DNA of 52,138 nucleotides, the filler included, from Basidiobolus ranarum (Eukaryota), in NCBI GenBank assembly GCA_040143965.1. It is 2 parts of 2 records of this genome, joined end to end, with 100 filler letters (N's around TTAATTAATTAA, not from the genome) between each part and the next. Parts side by side here need not be neighbours in the genome. Positions count along the whole stretch, not along the records: positions 1 to 26,023 come from JASJQH010000136.1; 1 more part is not named here. The stretch is one strand, 5' to 3'. The position numbers and the translations under genes are program-made. This document shows, piece after piece, positions 1 to 12,268 of this stretch (positions are counted from its first letter, which is position 1; the number at the start of each line of letters is the position of its first letter). Under the pieces are notes generated by a model. That model worked only from the letters and a program-made list of their open reading frames with translations, had not been told where the DNA came from and did no database searches.

Positions 1-1670
1 ATCTCCACTGGCAAAGACCATGTAGCTGAGACTACAACCTGGCGCAGTGAGACGCTACATATACTTACAGTGACGGTGGATCCCGAGAGTCCCAAGAACT
101 TGCGGCTTCCAGAATGAAGTACCTGCGCAAGACTCATCATACGTCATTTCGACTTGCAGTGTTGATTCGACGATTCCAGCAATTATCAGTGTGCCAACAC
201 TCAATGGCCTAGAATTTAATGCTGGGGTAATCCGCCGTTCTATAAATATCTTGATTGCACAAAAGTCATTTAATAATACTGTCCCACTTTTTGAGGAGTT
301 AGGCTTTTTCATCCATTACATTCGCATCGGATTACTTTAATGCAAAAAGGCATTTTGACACATGTCTTAGATCAGCATATTGTGCGCAAAAGCCGAGTAA
401 TCTGAGAAAAACTACTAAACTTGGAAACCCTCTTGCACGATTTTATGTCTGTATAGATGAGACAAAGTTCTCAATGTGAATGGTTCGGCATCGGATATAA
501 CGTAATAAATGAATTTACGAAAGCTGTGGCTTCGCACATGAGTCAGTATTTCAATCCATCTTGTTCAGACGACAGATGGCTCTGCTTCTGAAAATAGACT
601 TGGCCAATATCCGATGTATAACGCCGGCTCCATGTTAACACGTATTTTTTATCTAAGCAACCGCTAACACGTTCTTACAAACATGCTAACCCCATCCGTG
701 ATACTTGTTTAAAAAACACTTCATGTTTCATCCCAACTGTAGCAATCTTGCAATTCATGGGAGTCAATACCTAGAGCAAATGGCGATACAATCATTAATG
801 ATATGTGAGATAAGTATGCGATATTTTCATCGTGTATTGTAGCTGATATAGCACAGTATATATGCTAGATACTGATCCATTTGCAAGTTATCCCTGCCAA
901 GAACATCATCCTAAACAGCACTGTATATTTCAGCAGTTACAAAATAAGCTGTGATGACTAAACTAAACAATTCAACAAGTGCTGTAGCATCGCCATATGG
1001 TCTATAACAGTATGAATGGATCTACCAGATAGGTAAACATAGCATGCTTTTATATAAATAGGATCTGTTGACAAGACACTTTAAAATGCGATTAAAGCTA
1101 ATCCAATTTCCTCTTTGACGCTTCTTAAAGAGTTTCTTATAACTACTCACATTTGTTGAAGTGTCTTAGATGTAGCGTATTTGTCTTCCCTCTTGTTATA
1201 CATCTGAGTTAGTTATCATTAATCACTCAAGCATCACTCGGTTTTACATCGTACATTTGTTACAATATACTTGAATTATTTAAAAGTAGTAAAATTGAAC
1301 TTAAAACTCCAAAGGAACCCAAATTAACCCCAGGATAGCACATTATACTCCCATAGATGTTTCAGGTGTAGCCTCACTCTTTGTACCTACTATCTCCTGC
1401 AAACAGTCATATACACTGTTTCAGCTCAAAATTGATAAACTACTGAAAATGACATAGCTTAAGCATATATGTAGTCATATAGCTAGCTACCTAAGTTTCA
1501 CTATGCAATCTTCCTATCTTGTGGAAAAGAAAGAGCTTGATAGACTGCTAGGATTGATATTCCAAAATTTTGTTACGTTATTGTAGAGAGAGAGTTTTCT
1601 ATATAGCTAGGCTGGATGATTTGTGAGTGCTTGACAATTAGGCCTTTGCGATATGATGCTTGATTTAGAG

Positions 1671-1989
1671 ATGACAATGACCGGAAAAAGGAATGAGAAG
1701 ATCATTGCTAATTATATAATTCCAGTTGAGAGGTAGCCTATCAATAATGAAGTTAATGGAACCGTACTCCCTGGTTTGACACTCCCATGTTAATTTCACT
1801 AAACAGAAACTCTTGGATCTAGTTGAAGGTGAGACTTTATTAGATATAGGTAGTGGGTATCAAGGAGATGTCCAAAAATGGATAAAGTGTATGTTCTCCA
1901 TGAGCTACGCCATTGACGCTAACCTCAATCATAGAGACACATCCCAACTTTATCCATTTAAAATGGTCAATTCAGACTATTGCGGATAG
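1671..1989 (+). pseudogene. Decayed fragment of a multifunctional viral/cytoplasmic-linear-plasmid-type mRNA capping enzyme (end of the guanylyltransferase OB domain plus cap guanine-N7 methyltransferase)
   Basis: Manual translation. The frame from 1741 reads SIMKLMEPYSLV*HSHVNFTKQKLLDLVEGETLLDIGSGYQGDVQKWIKCMFSMSYAIDANLNHR. LLDIGSGYQGDVQKW (1837-1881) fits the cap MTase SAM motif (L/V)LD(I/L)GxGxGGDxxKW, preceded by a stretch like RxxHNxxKxxL. A different frame at 1686-1715 gives KRNEKIIANY, similar to GTase motif VI RxDKxxxN. There is an in-frame TGA at 1777 and a frameshift near 1740. Confidence 0.6.
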
Positions 1990-2894
1990 TATAAATTACG
2001 ACATCTTGTTGAAACTATTTAGAGATACTGGATGAGAAGATAGTATTTGTAGATACACACTCAAGTAGCATGAGCAGTTGATTTTTTGATTAATTATGCA
2101 GAATATTGTTCAATGGTATTGTAAACTGCAAACATTTGATAAGAAAGATTAAAGTTTATTTATGATTAAGTCACAGGATTTTTCAATCTTTAGTTAAACC
2201 CCAAGACTTTGTAACTCTTGATAAAATCAATCGCACTATCTTTCTTTCTCATTATATTTCATTAATAGTTTGAAAATTCAGATGTTATTACCTGAATGGA
2301 CAAAATATTAGTTAAACTAGCATCAAAGAGGTCAAACATGAACACATAGTTTTTGGCCCCAATATTGACTGAACTTAACTGCCCCTTTTGTTTTTCGCTG
2401 TAATCATATTTTTATTATTATCAACTTTCAATTCTATAATATTTTCAGTGTCAAGCACACATGTTTCAGATGGATATGAACATGACTTGCCTCAATAAAT
2501 ATATAGCATGAGCTCTGGGCAACAGTACCCTCCCCCATACCCATTTGAGCATAATGACATACAAATACCTGATGCATAGCTAAACCTATACCATCATATA
2601 TGATAGATGGCATTAGCAGACTTATCTCAGATGTAGCATGCTTCGTAGTAGCACATAAATATTCAGGACACTCATTATTCCATTAGGTTAATGTGAAATA
2701 ATTAACCATGGCACTCGGAAAAGTAGATGCAAAGAATATGCATTTTCATCACCCTTATATATGGAGTAATTGATTTTTAAACATTTTGATACCAAAATGT
2801 GAAGAATACTATCATATGTAGTACTAACACTAGAATGATCGTTTAACTAGCTCTAGGTCGAGATATCACCTACAAGTAAGCGAATATTAATACA

Positions 2895-4919
2895 GTTGCC
2901 ATATACGAGCAGTTGTGCTCTTCTGCACAACGGTACTACTACTATCACGCATTTTACATCTTAATATGAACGTTCTATGCGACTAAATGTTGCATGATGT
3001 TGAATGCTACAAGTAAGTGATTATTTCGTACTCAATCTACGTAGACGATTACAAATCTGGATTTTACTTGATGTCTATGGCATCATTAATAATGAACATC
3101 GTAAGAACAAATCAAAACTGGCCACTACACTGTTGCTAAATGGATATTTAACAATAGGTAGGATTTTTTACAAATGCATCACAAAATGGATTCAACTGAC
3201 AATACTGTTTTTATATTGGATTCAAATCCCGCCTGCGATTTTGCAGTCTTGAGGTTTATAACCTCGTGTTATACTGCTTCTCTCGTTGACAGCTTCATAG
3301 CCATTCCAGCAATAGGACCCGCTAAGCGAGTAAAAAATGTCGCATCTTTACTCGAATGCATATCGTTGTTACCTTTTAATGTCTTACCCTTCGAGAGCGA
3401 AATTTTTGAAAAGTCACTTACTGCAACTTATGAGGCCAGTTCAGATATTGTCGATGGAGGACTTGAGTCAAATCTTACATCGATCTCACAAAACCTAGTG
3501 ATAATCATTGGCACTAAAGGCCGTCAGAGAGTGAGTACACATCTCGCGTCAAAATCTAGCATTCTAGGTAGGACAACTCTAAAAGGAAAAAAACTGGAGT
3601 ACCAATGGTGTCTATTGCCACATTTGACTACTCTTAATCCTAGCAGCGTGGCAGCACCTTGTTACATGGTTAAAGATCACAAATGGCTTCATGGCACTAC
3701 TGAAGTTCGCGTACCCTCTCCACTTGCAACTTATATACTCTCCATCCCTACAGCCTCTTTTGGCCTTCAAAATTGGCCATGGAAGTTGGAGTTTATCCCA
3801 AATACGTCTGCAGAAGAAGGAAATGATACTAAAATGACATTAGGATCTCGTTGGTTACGACAAGTTGTCCCATTACATAAGATAGTTTTGACTACCTTCA
3901 AAGTAAATAGTACAGGGATAGCAGAGTTCGTGAATAGCAATGTGGGAAATGCTATGTTACACTCTAGCTTTCTTTCACCACCCCCTGAAGGAGAGAATAC
4001 TCCTGGAATTGAGGGTGACATCTATTTGCCAGTTGTGGCTCCTCAGCCAGTTTATGGATCCCTTGAACAACTATTAAAAGGATCAGAGCAAGGCTGGCTA
4101 CCGATTGATGATGTCGATATTACTAGCAGAGGTGACTATATAGTAGGTTGGACTGGGATGTTTTAGCGTAGTTGTTACGTGCCGATGTAATCAGCCGAAT
4201 ACTTTTTACTCCAATTTGAGGACAACTTTATACTGCCTATCAGAGTATCAATAAACTTTCTATTTCGCCTCTTCTGTTGGCACGTATATCTTGTCTACAA
4301 ATCTGAATTACAAAGCGAGTTCATTTTTCTCAACAACAAATGGTTTTGGAGCATGCTATTCAAGAAAATAACCAACCCAGCAAAACACTTAATATAGACA
4401 GACCTAATACCAAGAAAGAATACTAGCTTTTGTGTGCACAGAAATACTATGAGTTAAAACTTTACACGAGTGAGGTCACGCGAACAGTATTTGTCTATCT
4501 TTACTAGCATTTGATTGATCTTTCTTCGCAAGCCACGAGATGTTTCTGAATGCAAACAGAGTTGCTCCAGTCTCAAGCAAAACATGGGCAATTTTAACTT
4601 GAAGAGTTATAGATACTTCATCCGAACCAAATTAAATAGAAGCCCTCACCTGCTCGTATCTTAGCTTGGATTTATTACCACAGTTACTACAGTCAACAAA
4701 TGCTCATTCATGATAGATGCAATTTTGGGAACCGATTAGAGTTGGAGATTTGGCTGGCTGATTGACCTAATTACCCTTGGTCAACCTCTAGCATTAGTTG
4801 ATTTGACGCCCACACCCTCTCATCAGCTTCAATGTGACATGTACACATGCATTACTTTATCACATCCCTTCCAGCATGCCTCATACTAATCCGTATTAAA
4901 TAGAAGACATACATATTTA
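2895..4919 (+). repeat. Copy 1 of a diverged local segmental duplication (blocks ~2895-3385 and ~4560-4919)
   Basis: Collinear similarity to ~6790-7143 and ~8170-8544. TTAAATAGAAGACATACATATTTA is identical at 4896-4919 and 8521-8544. Confidence 0.8.
3174..4166 (+). CDS. Intronless hypothetical protein, 330 aa (start may be the Met at 3186)
   Basis: Uninterrupted 993-nt ORF in AT-rich DNA, followed by AATAAA at ~4250. A decayed copy of its 5' end lies at ~7003-7143. No recognisable domain. Confidence 0.6.
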   Translation: MHHKMDSTDNTVFILDSNPACDFAVLRFITSCYTASLVDSFIAIPAIGPAKRVKNVASLLECISLLPFNVLPFESEIFEKSLTATYEASSDIVDGGLESNLTSISQNLVIIIGTKGRQRVSTHLASKSSILGRTTLKGKKLEYQWCLLPHLTTLNPSSVAAPCYMVKDHKWLHGTTEVRVPSPLATYILSIPTASFGLQNWPWKLEFIPNTSAEEGNDTKMTLGSRWLRQVVPLHKIVLTTFKVNSTGIAEFVNSNVGNAMLHSSFLSPPPEGENTPGIEGDIYLPVVAPQPVYGSLEQLLKGSEQGWLPIDDVDITSRGDYIVGWTGMF

Positions 4920-4948
4920 TTGGAAATATATATACTACGAGTATAACT

Positions 4949-6010
4949 CTAGCAAGGAAAATCGGAAAATACACTGTTAGATGCTGGATTAGGATTATAA
5001 GCCACTTCCCAAAAGAGATCGCTTTTCCAAAATTCCTGTCTCGCTTCTACTTGCTCTTCCACATAGGCTGTAGCCCTTAATATTAGATCAGTGAAAGAGA
5101 AATCAACCCATTGTGGAAAATGGATTACTTCGTTCCTACTAGCATCGTAAGTGTAGATGTTACCAAAGGACGGCTGATTCGGTTCCTTGCTTTCTAGGAG
5201 CGTACGCCCATACCCAAGGTCATCCGTTCCAATGAATAGGAATTCCCGATTAACTAAGTGTTGAGACCAGTACTGGGCCCTCTCCGTATTGGTTATACCA
5301 ATAGGACTCGATTGGTCAGGCTGGGCATTAAGTATACTGATGCATTCTTCCCAACACTGATCATCATATAGTCTTAGCTCATATATATGACCTGTAAAGA
5401 GTGGATTCCAGCCATCGTCGGTCACGTTAAGAGGGCATAGATGGACTAGGTGGGTTAGGAAATACATATAGTCCGTAGGCAGGTAAATCCCCAGCTTTTC
5501 TTCTAATTCAAGAATTTTATCAAGTGGTATTTTTTTTATCGGATCCAGTGGAGTATCTTGGTATCCTTGTTGTTCATCCCAAGCTGTTTTCACTTGATAA
5601 GCTAGTTTCAGTCTCTCTATAGTGTGCTCCAGCACATTTTTGGCCTTCAGCAGAAATAACGCATGACCACGCCATGATTTTAAAGTGGGAGATTCAATTG
5701 GAGGGGGCACTTGCTCTCCATCGCGATCGTGAAAGGTACCATGAGTCAATGTACTTGGCATGGCACGTAAAAATTGTTTTTTTGACCTCCATAGTTTACT
5801 GCCATCAGAATCTTGACCTTGATCTTTCTCTCCCTTCAAAACCTCGTACATGCCTAACTGCCAAGCATCTCCATGACGACATAAAAACTCAGCAAATCTG
5901 TGATCAAGCTGACTTACTACAAGCAACTCTTCAAGAGAGAGATAACATAGTGTGAGATTCCAAATATTTTCCGGGAGTAGATCTAACGGATGTTGTATAT
6001 CGCCACTCAT
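4949..6010 (-). CDS. F-box + SUKH (SMI1/KNR4-like) domain protein, intronless, 353 aa
   Basis: N-terminal F-box LDLLPENIWNLTLCYLSLEELLVVSQLDHRF. SUKH signature LDKILELEEKLGIYLPTDYMYFL, then FLFIG...LL...P..FGNIY and a terminal SFTDLI helix. Confidence 0.8.
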   Translation of the reverse strand: MSGDIQHPLDLLPENIWNLTLCYLSLEELLVVSQLDHRFAEFLCRHGDAWQLGMYEVLKGEKDQGQDSDGSKLWRSKKQFLRAMPSTLTHGTFHDRDGEQVPPPIESPTLKSWRGHALFLLKAKNVLEHTIERLKLAYQVKTAWDEQQGYQDTPLDPIKKIPLDKILELEEKLGIYLPTDYMYFLTHLVHLCPLNVTDDGWNPLFTGHIYELRLYDDQCWEECISILNAQPDQSSPIGITNTERAQYWSQHLVNREFLFIGTDDLGYGRTLLESKEPNQPSFGNIYTYDASRNEVIHFPQWVDFSFTDLILRATAYVEEQVEARQEFWKSDLFWEVAYNPNPASNSVFSDFPC

Positions 6011-6789
6011 CTACGATAAATTTATTTGCTATGTGTTGTTTAGAGAGAAGGATAGGTACAAGAGTAGCAAACGTTATCGTAATTAATAACATCAGCTTAC
6101 CATTTTAAGTTTGTAGCTCCTCGCGTGAATATCTAAAAATGTCAATTATTTGATCTATCACTTTTTGAGAATGGACTATTAATCGATAAATTGGGAATAT
6201 GCATATTATAGAATTTACTACAATTAGCCCAAACAATCCTCATGTGCCATGTGCTTCTCTCATTCGATGACTTGGAGAAATAAGGTTGCAGTAAATACCC
6301 AGGAAGTTGAGAATAGGCTCTAGTTTGGCATAAATATTTTTCTGTAACACTTCAAATGTAAACAAACCTAAATACCATAGTTCTCTGCTACAGCCTTAAT
6401 AATATGACGAACTGAAATTCCTGTTGAGATGAAAGCCCCTTACTATTATAATAGATAAGCTGTGAGTATAATCTCTTACGTATTCCGTATCATTCCTGAC
6501 TAAACAATCGAAATATGCTAGTGGAAAAGAGATTGGCAATGTTATGTTGATGTTGAGTATATTCCAGGAGAATATGCAAAAATAAGACCTAATGAATCAT
6601 TTAGATAACGGCTGAACACAGGTTTTAGATCAGACAAATCTTCACAAACTTCCCATCCTTCAAAATGCTCCGTTTCTAATAGAAGTATGGATGATATCCA
6701 AGAAAAACAAATACTCCCTCTAATTGCCCGAACTACTTACTTTGAAAATACCCTAGCACAGACAACTGTGCGATAATCATGCTGGCGCA

Positions 6790-8544
6790 ATCACCATATA
6801 TGAATAATTGCGCTCTTTAATGTAATACTACTGCTACTCTAACGTTCACTTCATGTGTCCCGACACGAGTTTTTAATTTAGCCAATGGTTTTGTGCTCAA
6901 TCGACATGTGCGTTATTGCTAATTCGGATTGTATTGGACATCTTTGGCATTGTTATTAATGCGGAATATTTAACAATGAAAAAATTTGTTTTTTCGCAAA
7001 ATATGAAATCAACTGATATACTGGCTTTACATCAGATTCAAACCCAACCGCCTTCATGGCCATTCTAGCAGTAGGGCCCGTTATGCGAGTCATAAATGTT
7101 GCTTTTTTAGTCAAATGTCTATTGCTGTTACATATTGACAATTTGAGTAATACGTAAGCAGTTAATTGGCATGTAGAGTCCCATTGGACTATACAATCTA
7201 TCATATTCTTGCTTCTAAATGAGTGACATATTGCGTGTGTTGCACAAAGCATATCCTACTCAGTTTCAGCTAAAAAACTAAGGTGATACATATCTAACAG
7301 TACTATTTCCTGTTTAGCTGTCCAATTTTTCTCTTGGATCACACATAGTAAATCACGTGATGAATTACGCTTCTCCATCCCACAATACAAAGACACAGAG
7401 ACATCTGCATCTGCTAAACATTGCTACCAATGCTAAATATGCTTGCTCGGATGGACGTCTCTTAATATAAAGGTATTCCAAGGGTTATCTGCAGACTAGA
7501 CGGAAAACTCAACACATAACTTCAAACTCATGAAAAGAGCACCACATGGACTAAATCTTTATAGAATGACGCATCACTCAGATTCTACATGGTATGAGCC
7601 GATGCCGAAGAGGCAGTATCTACTTCATTGTTTACGATCAAAGTCCTCATATATTCTGACTCAATGCTAAGCTCTATACAATAATGATGTAATTTTTACA
7701 ATGTAGCTCGAGGCCCCATCTCACCTGCCTAGTGACTTCAATACTGGTAAAATGATCGCGTTTGGATAATTAGGGGGGGGGTATGCCATATGCACCATAT
7801 GTATAAATATTCTGTAATTCACTATATGTTTTAATGATAGAGGTGAAGAAGAATAGCAGTTGAGATAGACTTAAGATATTGGAGAGGGCATTCAGAGTTA
7901 CATCATAAACTGATACCTGAAGTTCCATGTGTCAGCTAGCAAGAATTTAAACTCCAATGTGGTTGGCAATTTTCAGTTTAAAAATCAAAGGATTTGAGAG
8001 TAACATTTACTCTTAAATGCAGTTCAGTGAGGCAAAGGACTGGATCGGGAAACAGGTCATAATTAAAGGGGGTGTGAGTACGTAGAGAATTGCTTCAATC
8101 TGAAGCAAAGCAACCATAAGGAGTTTATCTTGCTTATTGACCTTACAAATACTAATTACAAATGTATGAACCTTAGAGCCCCCAACTAGACATGGATATA
8201 AAAGTAGAGACAACAGTTTTCATAGCTGATTTGTCTGAACCGAATTAGAATATAAGCCCCCACACAGAGTCCATGTATTCTAGCTTGAATTATAACCACG
8301 ATTATATCAACAAATACTCATTTATGATAGGCTCTAGGGAGCCAATTAGAGTTGGTGATTTGACTTGCTAATTAGCCTAGCCCCCATCATCAGCCTTTAA
8401 CACCAATTTATTCAACGGTCACATAAATGCCATTCTCGTCTACTACGTCTTTTTAAACGTAACGTATATGTATGCACCATTTTATTATGTGCCTTCAAAA
8501 GAGCCCCATACTAATTCGTGTTAAATAGAAGACATACATATTTA
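6790..8544 (+). repeat. Copy 2 of the segmental duplication (homologous blocks ~6790-7143 and ~8170-8544; middle not alignable by eye)
   Basis: For example 7003 atgaaatcaactgat-atactggctttacatcagattcaaaccc vs 3186 atggattcaactgacaatactgtttttatattggattcaaatcc; the 3' block ends 35 nt before the VPS1 ATG. Confidence 0.75.
7003..7143 (+). pseudogene. Decayed 5' fragment of a paralog of the 3174-4166 ORF
   Basis: Translates AFMAILAVGPVMRVINVAFLVKCLLLL vs SFIAIPAIGPAKRVKNVASLLECISLL in the intact ORF. It has a frameshift and an internal deletion, and similarity is lost after ~7143. Confidence 0.75.
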
Positions 8545-8579
8545 CTGCACATTAGCCGACTCGAATAATCCCACTTTCT

Positions 8580-11500
8580 ATGGACACTAATTTAATCAAA
8601 ACAGTCAACAGGCTACAGGATGCTTTTGCAACCGTTGGAGTTAACAACCCGGTAGATTTACCGCAAATAGCGGTTATTGGAAGGTAGTTATACTTTAATT
8701 CGTATATCACATTCTACCTTACCAACCTATTGTCACTATAGCCAGAGTAGTGGTAAAAGTTCTGTATTAGAAAATATTGTGGGCCGCGACTTTCTCCCTA
8801 GAGGCACCGGTATCATCACTCGAAGACCTTTAGTATGAATTTTATTCGAATTCAACCATACAAACTTTGCTCGTTAATTCCTTTCCTCAACAGGTTTTAC
8901 AACTTGTCAATAGACCTTCTACAAAGGAGGTTACAAACAATGATGCACTGAAAAACTCTGAAGAACTCAAGAAGATTGACAGTAACGACTCAAAAGGTAT
9001 CAAATGTCTTATGATCTCACTCTATATTTTCCGCTACGTACCAAATTTTCCTGACAGAACCTTCGACATCAGTTACAAATGGAAAACAGGAAGCCGATGA
9101 ATGGGGAGAATTTTTACACATACCTGGAGTAAAATTCACAGATTTCAATAAGATTCGAGAAGAAATTGTGAAAGAAACCGAAACGAAAACTGGCAAAAAT
9201 GGCGGTTGGTTCATGCTTGCTTAGTGATTTTTGACCTCTGGTTCTCAATTTGTATCTCATATTCCCAAACACTCAAATTTGTAGGAATCTCGCCGCAGCC
9301 CATCAATCTTCGTATATTTTCACCAAATGTACTGACTTTGACTTTAGTGGACCTGCCTGGGCTAACTAAAGTAAGCAAATTGTGGAGTCAATGTGGTATA
9401 TCTCAGGAGTAACATACCTTTTGATATAGGTCCCTGTTGGCGACCAACCCAAAGATATTGAGAAACAGATCAGAGATATGATTATAAAATATATCACCAA
9501 GCCTAATGCCATAATCTTAGCTGTCACTGCTGGTAACACAGATCTTGCTAATTCCGATGGCCTCAAACTTGCCAGAGAAGTTGATCCGGAAGGTAAGGAT
9601 ACACATCAGTGGCATAAAATCGCATTACACCAAATACTCACTTGACTTTTTTCAATAGGCTTGCGTACCATCGGCGTTCTCACCAAGATCGATCTGATGT
9701 AGGTTGAACGATGACATTCTCTAGATCCAATCTCTTACCATAGCAATGCAATTTAGGGATCATGGGACTGACGTAGTAGATATTTTGGCTGGTCGAATCA
9801 TCCCTCTTAGACTGGGTTAGAATACTTCTTGTATACTTTCCCATGCTATCTTCATTATTAAACGAATTGCTGCTTTTATGCTCCAGGCTATGTCCCTGTC
9901 GTGAATCGTGGGCAGCGCGATATTGAGAGCAACAAAACCATTACTTCTGCTTTGGAGTATGAGAAGCAATTCTTCGAGAATCATCCATCATACAAAAGTA
10001 AAGCTCAGTACTGCGGGCCCCCCTTCTTGGCCCGGAAACTGAACATGGTATTTTTGATTTACTATACAAGTCCTCAGGTCACATGATCAATTCTGATGAT
10101 GCTGTTAGATTTTGATGCACCACATCCGAAATACTCTTCCTGAAATCAAGGCGAAAATTCAGGCAGCCCTAGCCAAATATCAAGCTGAACTCGCTCAGCT
10201 AGGCGATCCCGTTGAAGATAGCAATTCGCAACAGGTCTGAAATGTACAATATAGCAGCTTCAAGTTGGATTATCTTACTGATGGTTCGTTTCTCTCATAG
10301 GCAAATATGGTTCTTAGTGTCATAACAGAATTTTGCAATGAGTTCCGCACTATCATCGATGGTAAATCAAATGAGTTATCTACTTTTGAATTGAGTGGTG
10401 GCGCCCGCATCAGCTTTGTTTTTCATGAGGTGTTCGCAAATGGAGTTAAGAATATTGATCCTTTTGATCAAGTGAAAGATGTAGATATTCGCACAATCTT
10501 GTACAACTCCTCGGTACGTTTATATACCTCTACAATAATGGCATCAGTGACTTCTTTAACCCAACTCTGTCTCCAATTAGGGATCATCCCCTGCTTTGTT
10601 TGTTGGTACGGCTGCCTTTGAAGTAATAGTCAAGCAGCAAATCAAAAGACTGGAAGATCCAAGTACAAAATGTATTTCACTCGTGTATGACGAATTGGTG
10701 CGAATTCTCTCACAGCTATTACAGAAGCAGGTAGGATATTACAAATCAAGACTGCTCATACCATGAATGAGTTACAGAATTTTACTATTATCAAACCACT
10801 TTAGCTCTTTCGAAGATTTCCTGAACTCAAAGAGAAATTCTATCATGTTGTTATCGCTTTCTACAAAAGAGCTTTGATTCCCACGTCAAAACTTGTCCAA
10901 GACATAATCTTGTAAGTTTTGACAGTTCGTCTAAAGTTTTGGTACTCTAGCTCTACTCCCTTGACTAATAACTCAATGGATTTGTTTATGTAGTATGGAG
11001 TCCTGCTATATCAACACTGGACATCCAGATTTCCTTGGTGGACACAAAGCTTTGGCTATAATTGATGAGAGAGTTAATGCGACCAAGCATCCGCCAAATT
11101 CATCTGACTCTAAAAAGAGTGGGACAAACACGCCTGCTGGAAATCCTGGCATCTCGTTACTGAGTCAAGATTCAGAAAACTCCGAAACTGGGTTCTTTGG
11201 CAGTTTCTTTTCAAACAAAAAGAAGAAATCGAGTTTCATGGAATCAGTAAGAGCTCGTTAGGCTATATGTATTAAGCATCTGATGAAGAGTCCCATTCTC
11301 ATACAAGACCAATTATTTTTCTTCCCTTAGCCCCCTCAAATTTTGAAAGCTTCTGGGACTCTTTCCGAGAGAGAATACATGGAAACTGAAGTGATAAGTA
11401 GGTTACTCAAACTTTTTTTGAATCTAACTGGGTAAGCCAATCTCACTGTATCTGCCCTTTAGAACTTCTGATTCAATCTTACTACAATATTGTGAAGAGA

Positions 11501-11869
11501 ACGGTGATTGATATGGTTCCTAAGGCCATAACACTTAATCTAGTAGCACAAGCAAAAGAGTGTCTTCAACGAGAACTGCTGACGGAGCTTTACAAGTCCG
11601 AAGTATTGGATGAATTACTTCAGGAAAGTGAATCTACACTCCAAAGACGTAAGGAATGTAAGAAAATGATCGAGGTACGTATTGTATAGATTTAATGATT
11701 CTGACTTAGTCAACAAGTGCCGTTGACTAATTTATATAAATTCCTGCGGTTACTAAACATTAGGCTCTTCAAAAAGCCGATGAGGTAAATTTAATGAGAT
11801 TCACATTTTGATTTGTAGCAGTGAATATCACTAATCCTATGAAACACCTAGATCGTCGCCACGGTTTAA
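8580..11869 (+). CDS. VPS1: Dynamin-related GTPase Vps1, multi-exon
   Basis: [16 protein letters not shown]..., G1 motif [23 protein letters not shown] split by an intron, [43 protein letters not shown], end ALQKADE|IVATV*. Canonical GT-AG introns. Confidence 0.95.
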
Positions 11870-12268
11870 TCGTTTAATCCTCCACCATCTTTACTCTGGG
11901 AAAACACGCTAGAGAAGGGGTGCTGAACCCACTTTTCATCAATATACCACAGAGTGTTCTACCAGAACCATAGTTTATTCCACAAGCACAAAGCAGGCAG
12001 AATCTAATAATATCCGAGTAATGGACGCTTGCACATCTTACGAGAGATCCATCTTTTATTCAGAAAATCATTATAGCATGAGAAAAGATCCATGTTACTA
12101 TCTGACTTGCCATTGTTGAACAGAGAAATTAAGATAAATAACAAATTAGCTATACCTCCGATTCTTCATTTTTTTATCAGATCACCAATAAACTCAAATA
12201 TCCCTCACCAACGTTGGTATGGCTAGTAAATAATCCACAGATTAATAGTATCTTCGGAATGTGTTTCT

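Noticed and set aside
55-312. 85-aa minus-strand ORF as a gene
   Set aside because: No recognisable domain; the opposite strand reads at least as protein-like; no convincing intron continuation.
6956-7252. Minus ORF with GPTARMAMKAVGF, reminiscent of the uroporphyrinogen-III synthase C-terminus
   Set aside because: It is the antisense of the decayed duplicate of the 3174-4166 ORF, so the resemblance is coincidental.
4560-8544. LTR retrotransposon bounded by the direct repeats
   Set aside because: No TG...CA ends, PBS/PPT or gag/pol remnants seen, and the similarity extends into a duplicated host ORF, so it is a segmental duplication.
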